This document shows positions 38,306 through 47,983 of a stretch of DNA of 58,563 nucleotides, one piece after another. The stretch covers positions 1 through 58,563 of the forward strand of contig CAVWIH010000032.1 in NCBI GenBank assembly GCA_963755025.1, in the 5' to 3' direction. The notes beneath the pieces were generated by a model that saw only the letters and a program-made list of their open reading frames with translations, searched no databases and was not told the DNA's origin. This DNA comes from an uncultured Actinomycetes bacterium. Lineage in GTDB: Bacteria; Actinomycetota; Thermoleophilia; UBA2241. Numbering within the stretch: the stretch's first letter is position 1; each line of letters begins with the position of its first letter. The translations under genes were made by a program, and so were the position numbers.

Positions 38306-38968
38306 ATGGAGGCGACGTCGATGACTGACTCACTGATGAGCGTGGCCGCAAGCACGCCCTCTATGGCGCTGCGCTATGCGGCGGCGTTCTTCCTTGTCGT
38401 CGTGGGCATAGGGCTCATCTACGCCCTCATCCGCCTGGGCGGCACGCTGGGCTCGGCCGAGAAGCTGCTCACCGACGTCGACACCGAGGTCGTGCCCCTG
38501 CTCAAGCAGGCCACCGAGACCCTCGACGGCGTCAACACCGAGCTCGACAAGATCGGCGTGGTCATGACGAGCGTGGTCGACGCCACCGAGAAGGTCGACC
38601 ACACCACGCGCGCCGTCGAATCGGCCATCAGCGTGCCTGCTAAAAAGGCCGCCGCCTTCGGCGCGGGCGTCTCGCAGGCCGTCTCGAGCTTCTTCAGCCG
38701 CGGCTCCGACTCAGACGAGGCGACGGCCGACGCCGCCGCCGAACCGGCCGACGCCGCCGCCACCGGCGCCTGGCGCCCGGCGGGCGCCCCCGACGCCGCA
38801 AGCTCGGCGCCGGGCTTCGCCGCACTGGACAGCGACGCCGCCGCCGCGGCTGCCGCACCCGTCACCGACGCCGCGGCCGCCACGGCTGCCGCACCCGAGA
38901 CCACACCCGTCACCGACACGCCGCCGCCGCCGGCCCCCGGCGCCACCGGCGAAGGGAGTGGCGGATGA
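38306..38968 (+). CDS. DUF948/YtxG-like membrane protein with Ala/Pro-rich tail (start may be 38321)
   Basis: TM helix followed by heptad repeat region (LLTDVDTEVVPLLKQATETLDGVNTELDK). Confidence 0.7.
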   Translation: MEATSMTDSLMSVAASTPSMALRYAAAFFLVVVGIGLIYALIRLGGTLGSAEKLLTDVDTEVVPLLKQATETLDGVNTELDKIGVVMTSVVDATEKVDHTTRAVESAISVPAKKAAAFGAGVSQAVSSFFSRGSDSDEATADAAAEPADAAATGAWRPAGAPDAASSAPGFAALDSDAAAAAAAPVTDAAAATAAAPETTPVTDTPPPPAPGATGEGSGG

Positions 38969-39234
38969 GGCTCTGGGGAACCCTGGTCTTTGGCACCGCG
39001 CTCGCCGGCGCCGGCCTTGCGTACTACGTGCGCGACCGCAAACAGGCGACGGGGCAGAGCTACGTCGACGTGCTGCGCCAGCTTCCCTCCGAAGCGCTGC
39101 GCGGCTACGGCGAAGCCCGCCGCCGCGCGCAGCTCGCCATCGACGACGGCCTGCGCGCCGCTCGGGCCCGCGAAGGTCAGGTCGATGGCGCCCTGCTTTC
39201 CGCCGCGCCGCGCGACCCCGGACCGTCGGTCTGA
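38965..39234 (+). CDS. Small YtxH-like membrane protein
   Basis: ATGA overlap; hydrophobic N-terminus and AIDDGLRAARARE; follows the DUF948 gene. Confidence 0.5.
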   Translation: MRLWGTLVFGTALAGAGLAYYVRDRKQATGQSYVDVLRQLPSEALRGYGEARRRAQLAIDDGLRAARAREGQVDGALLSAAPRDPGPSV

Positions 39235-39247
39235 AACGGAGCACCGC

Positions 39248-39637
39248 GTGGCAGACATGATCCATCTTCAAGTGTCGGCGACTCCCGCCGCCTTCTCCGT
39301 CGTGCGCATGGTGCTCGGCGGCGTCGCGGCGCGGGTCGACCTCTCGCTCGACGAGATCGACGACCTGTACGTCGCCGTCGAAGAGCTGCTCACCGCCGCG
39401 ACCGACTCCGGCGAAGCGCCGCTCCACGAGCTGGCCATCGAAGTGGTCGACGACGGCGTGAGCATCAACGCCGGGCCGTTCCGCTCCGCGGGCCTGCGCG
39501 CCCGGTTGAGCGGCCGCCGCGACGGCGGGTTCGACCTCGAAACGGTCATGCGCGGCGTCGTCGAGTCGGTCGAAGTCTGCGCGGCGCCCGACGACTGCTA
39601 CTGCGTCGTGTTCGCCAAGCGCCGCGGCGCTTCCTGA
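39248..39637 (+). CDS. RsbW-like anti-sigma factor (degenerate HATPase)
   Basis: GGAG SD + GTG; VRMVLGGVAARVDLSLDEIDDLYVAVEE typical of RsbW N-terminus; directly before a SigB-type sigma. Confidence 0.75.
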   Translation: MADMIHLQVSATPAAFSVVRMVLGGVAARVDLSLDEIDDLYVAVEELLTAATDSGEAPLHELAIEVVDDGVSINAGPFRSAGLRARLSGRRDGGFDLETVMRGVVESVEVCAAPDDCYCVVFAKRRGAS

Positions 39638-39645
39638 GGGTCCCT

Positions 39646-40626
39646 ATGGTCGAAGCCCACAGCAAAGATCCTTTTGACGACCCGTTCGAGCGCGCCGCGC
39701 GCGGCGCCGACGAGCCGGCCGTGGAGCGCGACGAGCCCGACGACGCGCTCCGGGGCGGGCCGCCGTCCGACGACGCCGGCGACGAGCCGGAGGCGGCCGA
39801 CGACCTCGACGACAACGAGATCGACGACGAAGACCTGATCGAGCGGGTCGTGCCCCCCACCGGGCGCGGCAAAGACGAGTCCGAGAAGCTCGACCAGTTC
39901 CTGCTGCGCCGCTACCACCTGCACGGCGACCGCCACGCCCGCGACCAGCTCATCACCATGTACCTGCCGCTCGTCCGTTCGCTCGCGCGGCGCTACTCGT
40001 CACGCGGCGAGCACTTCGACGACCTGGTCCAGGTCGGCTCGATCGGCCTCATCAAGGCGATCGACCGCTTCGACCTCACCCGCGGGGTCGAGCTCACCAC
40101 GTACGCCACGCCCAACATCATCGGCGAGATCAAACGCTACTTCCGCGACAAGGGCTGGTCGGTGCGCGTGCCGCGCGGCCTGCAGGAGTTGAACATCCGC
40201 CTGAACAAGGTGATTGACGAGCTCGTGCCCAAGCTGCAGCGCTCGCCGACCATCAACGAGATCGCCGAGGCCACCGGGGCCACCCCCGAAGAGGTCCTCG
40301 AAGCGCTCGAGACAAGCCAGGCCTACAACTCGGTCTCGCTGCAGGCGGCGCCCAACGGCGAGTCGGGCGACGATGAGACCGGCCTGATCGACTATATGGG
40401 CACCGAAGAAGAAGCCTACGACACCATGGAAGACCGCACGATGCTCGCCCCGGGCTTCGCCAAGCTCGACGCCCGCGAGCGCTACATCCTGCACCTGCGC
40501 TTCTTCGAGGGGCTCACGCAGTCACAGATCGCGGCGCGCGTCGGCATATCCCAGATGCACGTCTCGCGACTCATCCGCCGGGCGCTCGAGAAGCTGCGGG
40601 CGAACATCGGCGAGGGGGCGTTGTGA
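39646..40626 (+). CDS. SigB/SigF/SigG-family sigma factor with acidic N-terminal extension
   Basis: DDLVQVGSIGLIKAIDRFD, TYATPNIIGEIKRYFRDKGWSVRVPR, TQSQIAARVGISQMHVSRL. Confidence 0.93.
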   Translation: MVEAHSKDPFDDPFERAARGADEPAVERDEPDDALRGGPPSDDAGDEPEAADDLDDNEIDDEDLIERVVPPTGRGKDESEKLDQFLLRRYHLHGDRHARDQLITMYLPLVRSLARRYSSRGEHFDDLVQVGSIGLIKAIDRFDLTRGVELTTYATPNIIGEIKRYFRDKGWSVRVPRGLQELNIRLNKVIDELVPKLQRSPTINEIAEATGATPEEVLEALETSQAYNSVSLQAAPNGESGDDETGLIDYMGTEEEAYDTMEDRTMLAPGFAKLDARERYILHLRFFEGLTQSQIAARVGISQMHVSRLIRRALEKLRANIGEGAL

Positions 40627-40661
40627 GGCCCCGGCTCTAACCTTCCAGACCGCCCTACGAG

Positions 40662-43318
40662 GTGCCCATGACAGACCAGCGACCAGACCGACCGACGCTG
40701 TCATCGGCGCAGATACGGCGGGCCTTCGGCGAGTTCTTCGAGGCCCACGGCCATCTGTCGCCGCCGCCCGCCTCGCTCGTGCCGGCCGGCGATCCCAGCG
40801 TGCTGTTCACGACCGCCGGCATGCAGCAGTTCAAGCCCTACTACCTGGGCGTCGACACGCCGCCGTCGCGGCGGCTCACGACCTGCCAGCGCTGCTTTCG
40901 CACGTCCGACATCGAGAACGTGGGGCGCACGGCGCGCCACCTCACCTTCTTCGAGATGCTCGGCAACTTCTCGATCGGCGACTACTTCAAGACCGACGCC
41001 ATCGCCTGGGCGCTCGAGTTCTCAGACCAGCTCGGCATCCCGCGCTCGCGCGTCAAGGTGAGCGTCTTCGGAGGCGACGACCAGGTGCCGGTCGACGCCG
41101 AGGCCATCGACATCTGGAAGTCGCACGGCTTCACCGACGCAGACATCGTGCACCTCGGGCGCGGCGACAACTTCTGGGGACCGGCGGGCGCCACCGGCCC
41201 GTGCGGGCCCTGCACCGAGCTCTACTACGATATGGGTGAGAAGTACGGCTGCGGCCGGCCCGACTGCGGCCCCGGCTGCGAGTGCGACCGCTGGATGGAG
41301 TACTGGAACCTCGTCTTCGTGCAGTACGAGATGGACGAGCACGGCGGCCTCTCCACGCTGGCCGCGCAGAGCATCGACACCGGCATGGGGCTCGAGCGCG
41401 TGACCGCCATCCATCAGGGCGTCACCACGGTCTACGAGACCGACGCCTTTCGCTCTCTGATCGCCTTGGGCGAGGAGCTCTCGGGCAGACCTACGGCTCG
41501 AGCGACCCGGTGACCCGTGCCCTGCGCACCATGGCCGAGCACGCCCGCGGCATCGCCTTTCTCATCATGGACGGCGTGCTGCCCGGCAACGAGGGCCGCG
41601 ACTACGTGCTGCGGCGTATCATCCGCCGCGCCGTGCAGCAAGGCGTGTCGATCGGCCTCGACGAGCCGTTCCTCGCGCGCTTGTGCGAGCACGTCATCGA
41701 GCTCATGGCCGAGGCCTATCCGCCGCTGCTCGGCGCGCGCGAGGCGATCCTCGAGATCGTCGCCGAAGAAGAGGCGCGTTTCACGCGCACGCTGGCCCAG
41801 GGCATGGGCATCCTCGACGAGGCCCTGCGCAGGGCGCGCGACTCCGGCGCCGAGCTGCCTCCGGCCGTCGCCTTCGAGCTGCACGACACCTACGGCTTTC
41901 CGTTCGACCTCACCCGCGAGATCGTGCAGGACAAGGGCATGAGCGTCGACGAAGAGGGCTTCGAGCGCCTCATGGCCAAGCAGCGCGAGCGTGCCCGCGC
42001 GGCGCAGAAAGCGGGGGAGACCGGTCCCGGCGAGCTCGAGGCCTTCCAGCGCGACACTGCGGCGCTCGAGACCACGTTCGTGGGCTACGAACGCCTCGAG
42101 GTCTACTCCATGGTGCGCGCCGCCCGGGTGCTCGCCGACGGGCGCGTGGCGCTCAAGCTCGAAGAATCGCCGTTCTACGCCGAGGGCGGCGGCCAGGTCG
42201 CCGACGCCGGCTGGATCCACACCGACTCCGGCAAGCTCGACGTGGTCGACGTGGTGCGCTTTCAGTCCGACCAGGTCATCGTCGGCCGCCTCACCGAAGG
42301 CAGCGTGGTCGAGGGCGAGCGCGCCAAGGCGATGGTCAACGCCGTGCGCCGTCACCAGACGGCCTGCAACCATACCGCCACCCACCTGCTGCACAACGCG
42401 CTGCGCATAGTGCTCGGCGACGACGTCCGCCAGGCCGGCTCCCTCGTCACTCCCGACAGGCTGCGCTTCGACTACAAGACGCGGCGCGCGCCGACCGTGG
42501 CCGAGCTGCGCCAGATCGAAGACCTGGCCAACCGCCGCATCGTCGAGAACCACCCGGTGAGGCCCTTCGTCACCACGCGCGAGTACGCCGCCGAGATAGG
42601 CGCCCTGGCGTTCTTCGAAGAGAAGTACGGCGAGTTCGTGCGCGTCCTCGAGATCGACGACTTCAGCCGCGAGCTGTGCGGCGGCACGCACGTCTCGTCG
42701 ACCTCGCAGATCGGCCTCTGCAAGATCACCGCCAGCACCTCGGTGGGCGCCAACACGCGGCGCATCGAGGCGATCACCTTGGCCGCGGCCATAGAGCACT
42801 ACCGCGCGGTCGAAGCCCGCGAGACGGCCGTCGCCGACGAGCTCGGCGTGGCCCCCGACCGCGTCGCCGACGCCGTGCATCGCCGCCTCGAAGAGCTCGG
42901 CGAGCTCAGAGACGCCGTGCGGGCCGCGCAAAGCGGCGAGCGCCACACGCGCGTCGACGAGCTGGTGGCCGCGGCGCTCGACGTGGCCGGCGCGACCCTG
43001 GTGGCGGGCGCGGTCGAGGTGGGCAAGCCCGACGACCTGCTGGCGCTGGCCGACGAGGTGCGCGCGGCCCTGCCCGACGCGGCCGTCGCCCTGCTGGCCG
43101 ACCTCGACGGGCGCGTCGCCGTGGTGGTGACCTCGCCCGACGCCCTCGTCGGCCGCGGATTGCGCGCCGGCGACGTGCTGGCCGCCATGATGCCGGCCGT
43201 AGGCGGTCGCGGCGGCGGCAAGCCGACCCTGGCCCGCGGCGGCGGCACCGACGCGAGCGGCATGGGCGCCGCCCTCGAGGCGGGCATCGCCAAGGTCAGG
43301 GAGCTCCTCGGAGCGTAG
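40662..43318 (+). CDS. alaS: Alanine-tRNA ligase (missing base near 41487)
   Basis: FTTAGMQQFK, RHLTFFEMLGNFS, GPCGPC, DTGMGLER, HTATHLLH, ELCGGTH, GGRGGG. Confidence 0.95.
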
Positions 43319-43320
43319 AG

Positions 43321-43701
43321 GTGCGGCTCCTGGCGCTCGACTACGGCGTCGCGCGCACGGGCGTGGCGATCTCCGACGAGACCGGCAGCATTGCCCGTCC
43401 CCTGACGGTCGTGGCTCGCGCGGGCTCGGCGGCCGGCCTCGAGACCGTCAAGGAGCTCGTGGCCGCCGAAGGCGTGTCGCTGGTCGTCGTAGGCCTGCCG
43501 GTCTCGCTCGACGGCGCCGAGCACGGTCAGGCGCGCGAAGTGCGCTCGTTCGTGGCTCGCCTCAAACGCACCATCGACGTGCCGGTCGTGCTCTACGACG
43601 AGCGCTTCACCACGGCGATCGCCCAGCAGCGCGGTGGCAAAGGCGCACTCGACGCGCGCGCCGCCGCGCAGATCCTCGAGGACTACCTGAGTTCGACGTG
43701 A
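43321..43701 (+). CDS. ruvX: YqgF/RuvX family nuclease
   Basis: LALDYG..RTGVAISD, VVGLP, DERFTT, DARAAAQILEDYL. Confidence 0.93.
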   Translation: MRLLALDYGVARTGVAISDETGSIARPLTVVARAGSAAGLETVKELVAAEGVSLVVVGLPVSLDGAEHGQAREVRSFVARLKRTIDVPVVLYDERFTTAIAQQRGGKGALDARAAAQILEDYLSST

Positions 43702-43827
43702 GCTCGAGCTGATCTCGGCCGCTTGCGGCGGGAAGGATGTCGGACGCCGGCGTGCAAGCTTGTCTTGCGGCGGCCGGCGCCTCGCCGCGTCCGCGGGTCC
43801 CGACCATTCCACGCTGGGGGCGAGCAC

Positions 43828-44679
43828 ATGACGACGATCGCAGGAACCACCGTCCTGGCCGGCATCATCGGCTGGCCCGTGACGCATTCGCTCTCCCCGG
43901 CCATGCACAACGCCGCCTTTGCCGCCCTGGGCCTCGACATGGCCTATGTGCCCCTGCCCGTGGCCCCCGACGACGTCGAGACGGCGGTCAAGGGCCTGCG
44001 CGGCCTCGGGTTTCGGGGAGCCAACGTGACCATGCCGCACAAAAGGGCCGTGGCGCCCTTCCTCGACCGCGTCGCCGACGACGCCCGGCTGATCGCCGCC
44101 GTGAACACCATCGTCGTCGACGGCGGCGTCCTCGTGGGCTACAACACCGACGTCGGGGGGTTCGTCGCGGCGCTGCAGGAGACGGTCAGCGAGCCGCTCG
44201 CCGGCGCCTCGGCGCTGGTGCTCGGCGCCGGCGGCGCGGCGCGCGCCGCCGTGCTCGGCCTGCTGCGGGTCGGCGTGCGTCGCTGTACGGTCGTCAACCG
44301 TACGGTGAGTCACGCCGAAGAGCTCGCCGCCCTGCTGCAGCCCGCCGACGAGGGCGCGCGTTTCGAGCTCGTGGCGCTCGATGCGCTCACCGCCGCCCAG
44401 GTCCGCGGCGCGGACATCGTGGTCAACGCGACCGCCCTCGGCATGGCCGGCTCGCTTAAAGTGCCGCGCGTTTTGGTCGATAACATCCAGCGTGACCACA
44501 TCGTGTACGACGTGGTCTACGGACAGCGGCCGACGATGCCACTCGAACGTGCCCGAGAGACGGGAGCGCGGGCGATCGACGGCTTGACGATGCTCGTTTG
44601 GCAGGCCGCGCTCTCGTTCGAACTGTGGACGGGCCGGGCCGCGCCACTGGAAGTGATGCGGAGTGCCGCACGACGATAA
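43828..44679 (+). CDS. aroE: Shikimate dehydrogenase
   Basis: HSLSPAMHN, GANVTMPHK, AVNT, GYNTD, GAGGAARA, DGLTMLVWQA. Confidence 0.95.
   Translation: MTTIAGTTVLAGIIGWPVTHSLSPAMHNAAFAALGLDMAYVPLPVAPDDVETAVKGLRGLGFRGANVTMPHKRAVAPFLDRVADDARLIAAVNTIVVDGGVLVGYNTDVGGFVAALQETVSEPLAGASALVLGAGGAARAAVLGLLRVGVRRCTVVNRTVSHAEELAALLQPADEGARFELVALDALTAAQVRGADIVVNATALGMAGSLKVPRVLVDNIQRDHIVYDVVYGQRPTMPLERARETGARAIDGLTMLVWQAALSFELWTGRAAPLEVMRSAARR
44457..44483 (+). promoter_or_regulatory. Sigma28/WhiG-type promoter inside aroE, upstream of pilB
   Basis: TAAA-N15-GTCGATAA (7/8 to GCCGATAA), built from rare codons CTT AAA .. GTT TTG GTC GAT AAC. Confidence 0.7.
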
Positions 44680-46771
44680 GAGTCGGGACGCGGGTCGCGT
44701 GGCGACTCGCCAGGGAGAGCCGCCGGCGATCGAGGTAGTCTCGACCGACGGCCGAGAGCCCGACGACATCGACGACTGGAGCGACTACGCACCCAACGCC
44801 GACAAGGGGGCCGACGGCTTCGTGAGCACAGGCCACGACCAGATCTTCTACCCCGACGAGGGCTTCGACTCCCTCTCCGGCTTAGCCGAGGCCGACGTGC
44901 TCGACACGCTCGGGCCGACCGAGTTCGACGACGAGGTCGAGACCGGTAAGGTCATCGAGATCGCCGCCGGCGCCGACCTCGAGTCGGCGATCGCCGCGGT
45001 CACCCCCGACGAGCCCAAGCTGGGCGGCGTCAACGAAGTCCTCGAACGGCTGCAAGCCGCCGACGCGGCCGCCGCCACCGGCCAGCCGGCGCCCCTGCGC
45101 GCCAGCAAAAAGCGCCTCGGCGAGATCCTCGTCGACATGCAGCTCGTCACCGCCGAGCAGATCGACGAGAGCCTGGCGCGCCAGAAAGAGACGCACAAGC
45201 GTCTCGGCGAGCAGCTCTTAGACGACAAGCTCGTCTCCGAGCTCGACCTCACCAAAGCGCTGGCCACCAAGTTCGGCATCGAATACCTCGACCTCACCAC
45301 CCTGCAGATCGACATGTCCGCCGCCGGCCTGTTGTCGGAACGGCTGTGCCGGCGCTACTCCGCCATACCAGTGCGCTTTCTCGACGACAGCACCCTGCAG
45401 GTCGCCATGATCGACCCGGCCAACGTCCTGATCGCCGACGACCTGCGCATCATGACGGGCTACACGATCGTGCCGGCCATCGCCAGCGAAGAAGACATCG
45501 TGGGCGCCATCGGCAAGCTGAACCGGCTCGACGACCAGGTCACCGCGGCCAACGACCTGAGCGTGGGCGGCGAGGACGAGATCACCGACATCCGCGAGAT
45601 GACCGAGGAACCGCCTATCGTCAAGCTCGTGAACTCGGTGATCGCGCAGTCCGTCGACGACGCCGCCAGCGACATCCACTTCGAACCGCAGGCCAAGGAG
45701 CTCATGATCCGCTTCCGCCTCGACGGCGTGCTGCACGAGGTCATGTCGGTGCCGCGCCGCATGCAGAACGGGGTCATCAGCCGGCTCAAAGTCATGGCCG
45801 AGCTCGACATCGCCGAGCGCCGCGTGCCGCAAGACGGGCGCATAGGCCTCGTGGTCGGCGGCAAGCCCATCGACATGCGCGTCGCCACGCTGCCCACCGT
45901 GTACGGCGAAAAGATCGTCATGCGCCTGCTCGACAAGAGCAACGTCATGCTCGACCTGGCCGACTTGGGGTTCGCGCCCAAGGCGCTCAAGCGCTACCAG
46001 CGCTCGTTCACCAGGCCGTACGGCGCCATCCTCGTCACCGGCCCGACGGGCTCCGGCAAGTCGACCACCCTGTATGCGACCCTCAACCTCATCAACTCGC
46101 CCGAGAAGAACGTGATCACCGTCGAAGACCCGGTCGAGTATCGCCTGCCGGGCATCAACCAGGTCCAGGTGAACCCCAGGGCCGGCATGACCTTCCCGGC
46201 CGCCCTGCGCTCCATCCTGCGCTGCGACCCCGACATCGTAATGGTGGGCGAGGTCCGCGACCGTGAGACCGCGAACATCGCCATCGAGTCGGCCCTTACC
46301 GGCCACCTCGTGCTCACCACGCTCCACACCAACGACGCGCCAGGCGCGCTGTCTCGTCTCACCGAGATGGGCATCGAACCATTCCTCACCTCGTCGGCCG
46401 TGGACTGCGTTCTCGCTCAGCGCCTGGCGCGTCGCCTCTGCAAGGAATGCAAGGAGCCGTACGAGCCGTCTGAAGAGATGCTCAAGAAAAGCGACTTTCC
46501 ACCCGAAGTCTTCGACATGGGCAAGGTGACGTTGTACCACCCGAAAGGCTGCCCACGGTGCAACAACACGGGCTACAAAGGTCGACTCGGCATCTACGAG
46601 GTCATGATCGTGAGCGAGGCCATCCGCAGGCTGACCGTCGAGCGCAAGAGCGCCGACGAGATCAGCCGCGTGGCGCAGGCCGAAGGCATGAAGAACCTGC
46701 GCGAGGACGGCATCGACAAGGTGCTTCAGGGGCTCACGTCGATCGAAGAGATCGCCAGGGTCATCATCTGA
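44663..46771 (+). CDS. pilB: Type IV pilus assembly ATPase with acidic N-terminal extension and MshEN-like motifs
   Basis: RLGEIL..RLGEQL, ASDIHFEP, PQDGR, GPTGSGKS, TVEDPVEY, GEVRD, TLHTND, two CxxC. Confidence 0.95.
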   Translation: MPHDDKSRDAGRVATRQGEPPAIEVVSTDGREPDDIDDWSDYAPNADKGADGFVSTGHDQIFYPDEGFDSLSGLAEADVLDTLGPTEFDDEVETGKVIEIAAGADLESAIAAVTPDEPKLGGVNEVLERLQAADAAAATGQPAPLRASKKRLGEILVDMQLVTAEQIDESLARQKETHKRLGEQLLDDKLVSELDLTKALATKFGIEYLDLTTLQIDMSAAGLLSERLCRRYSAIPVRFLDDSTLQVAMIDPANVLIADDLRIMTGYTIVPAIASEEDIVGAIGKLNRLDDQVTAANDLSVGGEDEITDIREMTEEPPIVKLVNSVIAQSVDDAASDIHFEPQAKELMIRFRLDGVLHEVMSVPRRMQNGVISRLKVMAELDIAERRVPQDGRIGLVVGGKPIDMRVATLPTVYGEKIVMRLLDKSNVMLDLADLGFAPKALKRYQRSFTRPYGAILVTGPTGSGKSTTLYATLNLINSPEKNVITVEDPVEYRLPGINQVQVNPRAGMTFPAALRSILRCDPDIVMVGEVRDRETANIAIESALTGHLVLTTLHTNDAPGALSRLTEMGIEPFLTSSAVDCVLAQRLARRLCKECKEPYEPSEEMLKKSDFPPEVFDMGKVTLYHPKGCPRCNNTGYKGRLGIYEVMIVSEAIRRLTVERKSADEISRVAQAEGMKNLREDGIDKVLQGLTSIEEIARVII

Positions 46772-46798
46772 CAATCGGTTTGCGAAGGGACGAAACCA

Positions 46799-47881
46799 AT
46801 GGATCTTGTCGATATTCTGCTTGAGGTCCTGGAGCGCGACGCCAGCGACCTCCATCTCTCGGTCGGCGCGCCGCCGATCGTGCGCGTCAACGGCGTGCTC
46901 GAACGGCTCGACTACCCGCGCCTCGGCGCCAACGACACCCGCGAGCTCATCTACAGCATCCTCTCGCAAGACCAGCGCCAGCGCTTAGAGAACGACTGGG
47001 AGATGGACTTTTCGTACTCCGTCCCCGGCCGCGCCCGCTTTCGCGTCAACGCCTACTTTCAGCGCAACAGCCTCGGGGCGGCCTTCCGCCTGATCCCCGT
47101 GCAGATCAAGAAGCTCGAAGACCTGGGGCTGCCGCGCGCCCTGCACGAGCTCACCAAAAAGCCGCGCGGCTTTGTGGTCGTCACTGGCCCGACCGGCTGC
47201 GGCAAGTCGACCACGCTGGCCGCCATGATCGACGAGATCAACGAGGTCCGCGAAGAGCACATCATGACGATCGAAGACCCCATCGAGTTCCTGCACCGCC
47301 ACAAGAAGTGCATGATCAACCAGCGCGAGGTCGGCGCCGACACCAAGTCGTTCAACCGGGCCCTCAAGTCAGTGCTGCGCCAGGATCCCGACGTCATCCT
47401 GGTCGGCGAGATGCGAGACAACGAGACCATGGCGACCGCTCTCACCGCGGCCGAGACCGGCCACCTTGTGTTCGCCACACTGCATACCCAGGACGCCCCT
47501 CAGACCATCGACCGAATCATCGACGTCTTCCCTCCGCATCAGCAGGAGCAGATCCGCGTGCAGCTCTCGACCACCCTGGTCGGGGTCTGCACTCAGCAGC
47601 TCCTGCCCACGAGCGACGGGCGCGATCGGGTGGTGGCCGCCGAGATCCTGATTCCCACGCCGGCAGTGCGCAACCTGATCCGCGAAGGCAAGACCCACCA
47701 GATCTATTCGGCCATGCAGATGGGCAACCAGTTCGGCATGGTCACCATGGACGCATCGCTGGCCGATCTTGTGCGCCGCGGCGTTATCTCGCGCGAGCTT
47801 GCACAACGGCGCTCCAGCGCGCCTGATCAGCTCGACCGCCTACTGGGCAGCCTGTCCCAATCGGTCGTCGGCTTCGGCTAA
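46799..47881 (+). CDS. pilT: Type IV pilus retraction ATPase
   Basis: ASDLHL, RFRVNAY, GPTGCGKSTT, LRQDPD, AAETGH, AVRNLIRE. Confidence 0.96.
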   Translation: MDLVDILLEVLERDASDLHLSVGAPPIVRVNGVLERLDYPRLGANDTRELIYSILSQDQRQRLENDWEMDFSYSVPGRARFRVNAYFQRNSLGAAFRLIPVQIKKLEDLGLPRALHELTKKPRGFVVVTGPTGCGKSTTLAAMIDEINEVREEHIMTIEDPIEFLHRHKKCMINQREVGADTKSFNRALKSVLRQDPDVILVGEMRDNETMATALTAAETGHLVFATLHTQDAPQTIDRIIDVFPPHQQEQIRVQLSTTLVGVCTQQLLPTSDGRDRVVAAEILIPTPAVRNLIREGKTHQIYSAMQMGNQFGMVTMDASLADLVRRGVISRELAQRRSSAPDQLDRLLGSLSQSVVGFG

Positions 47882-47905
47882 AGAATTACCCGAGCATGAC
47901 GAGAA
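47879..47905 (+). promoter_or_regulatory. Sigma28/WhiG-type promoter for pilC
   Basis: (C)TAAA-N15-GACGAGAA, using the pilT TAA stop. Confidence 0.5.
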
Positions 47906-47983
47906 CAGTTCCGACAAGCATCGCGGGTAGCACGGGCGAAGGCATGGGTGCTGCTCGCGCCGGCGGGGAGTGACGGAGGACTC

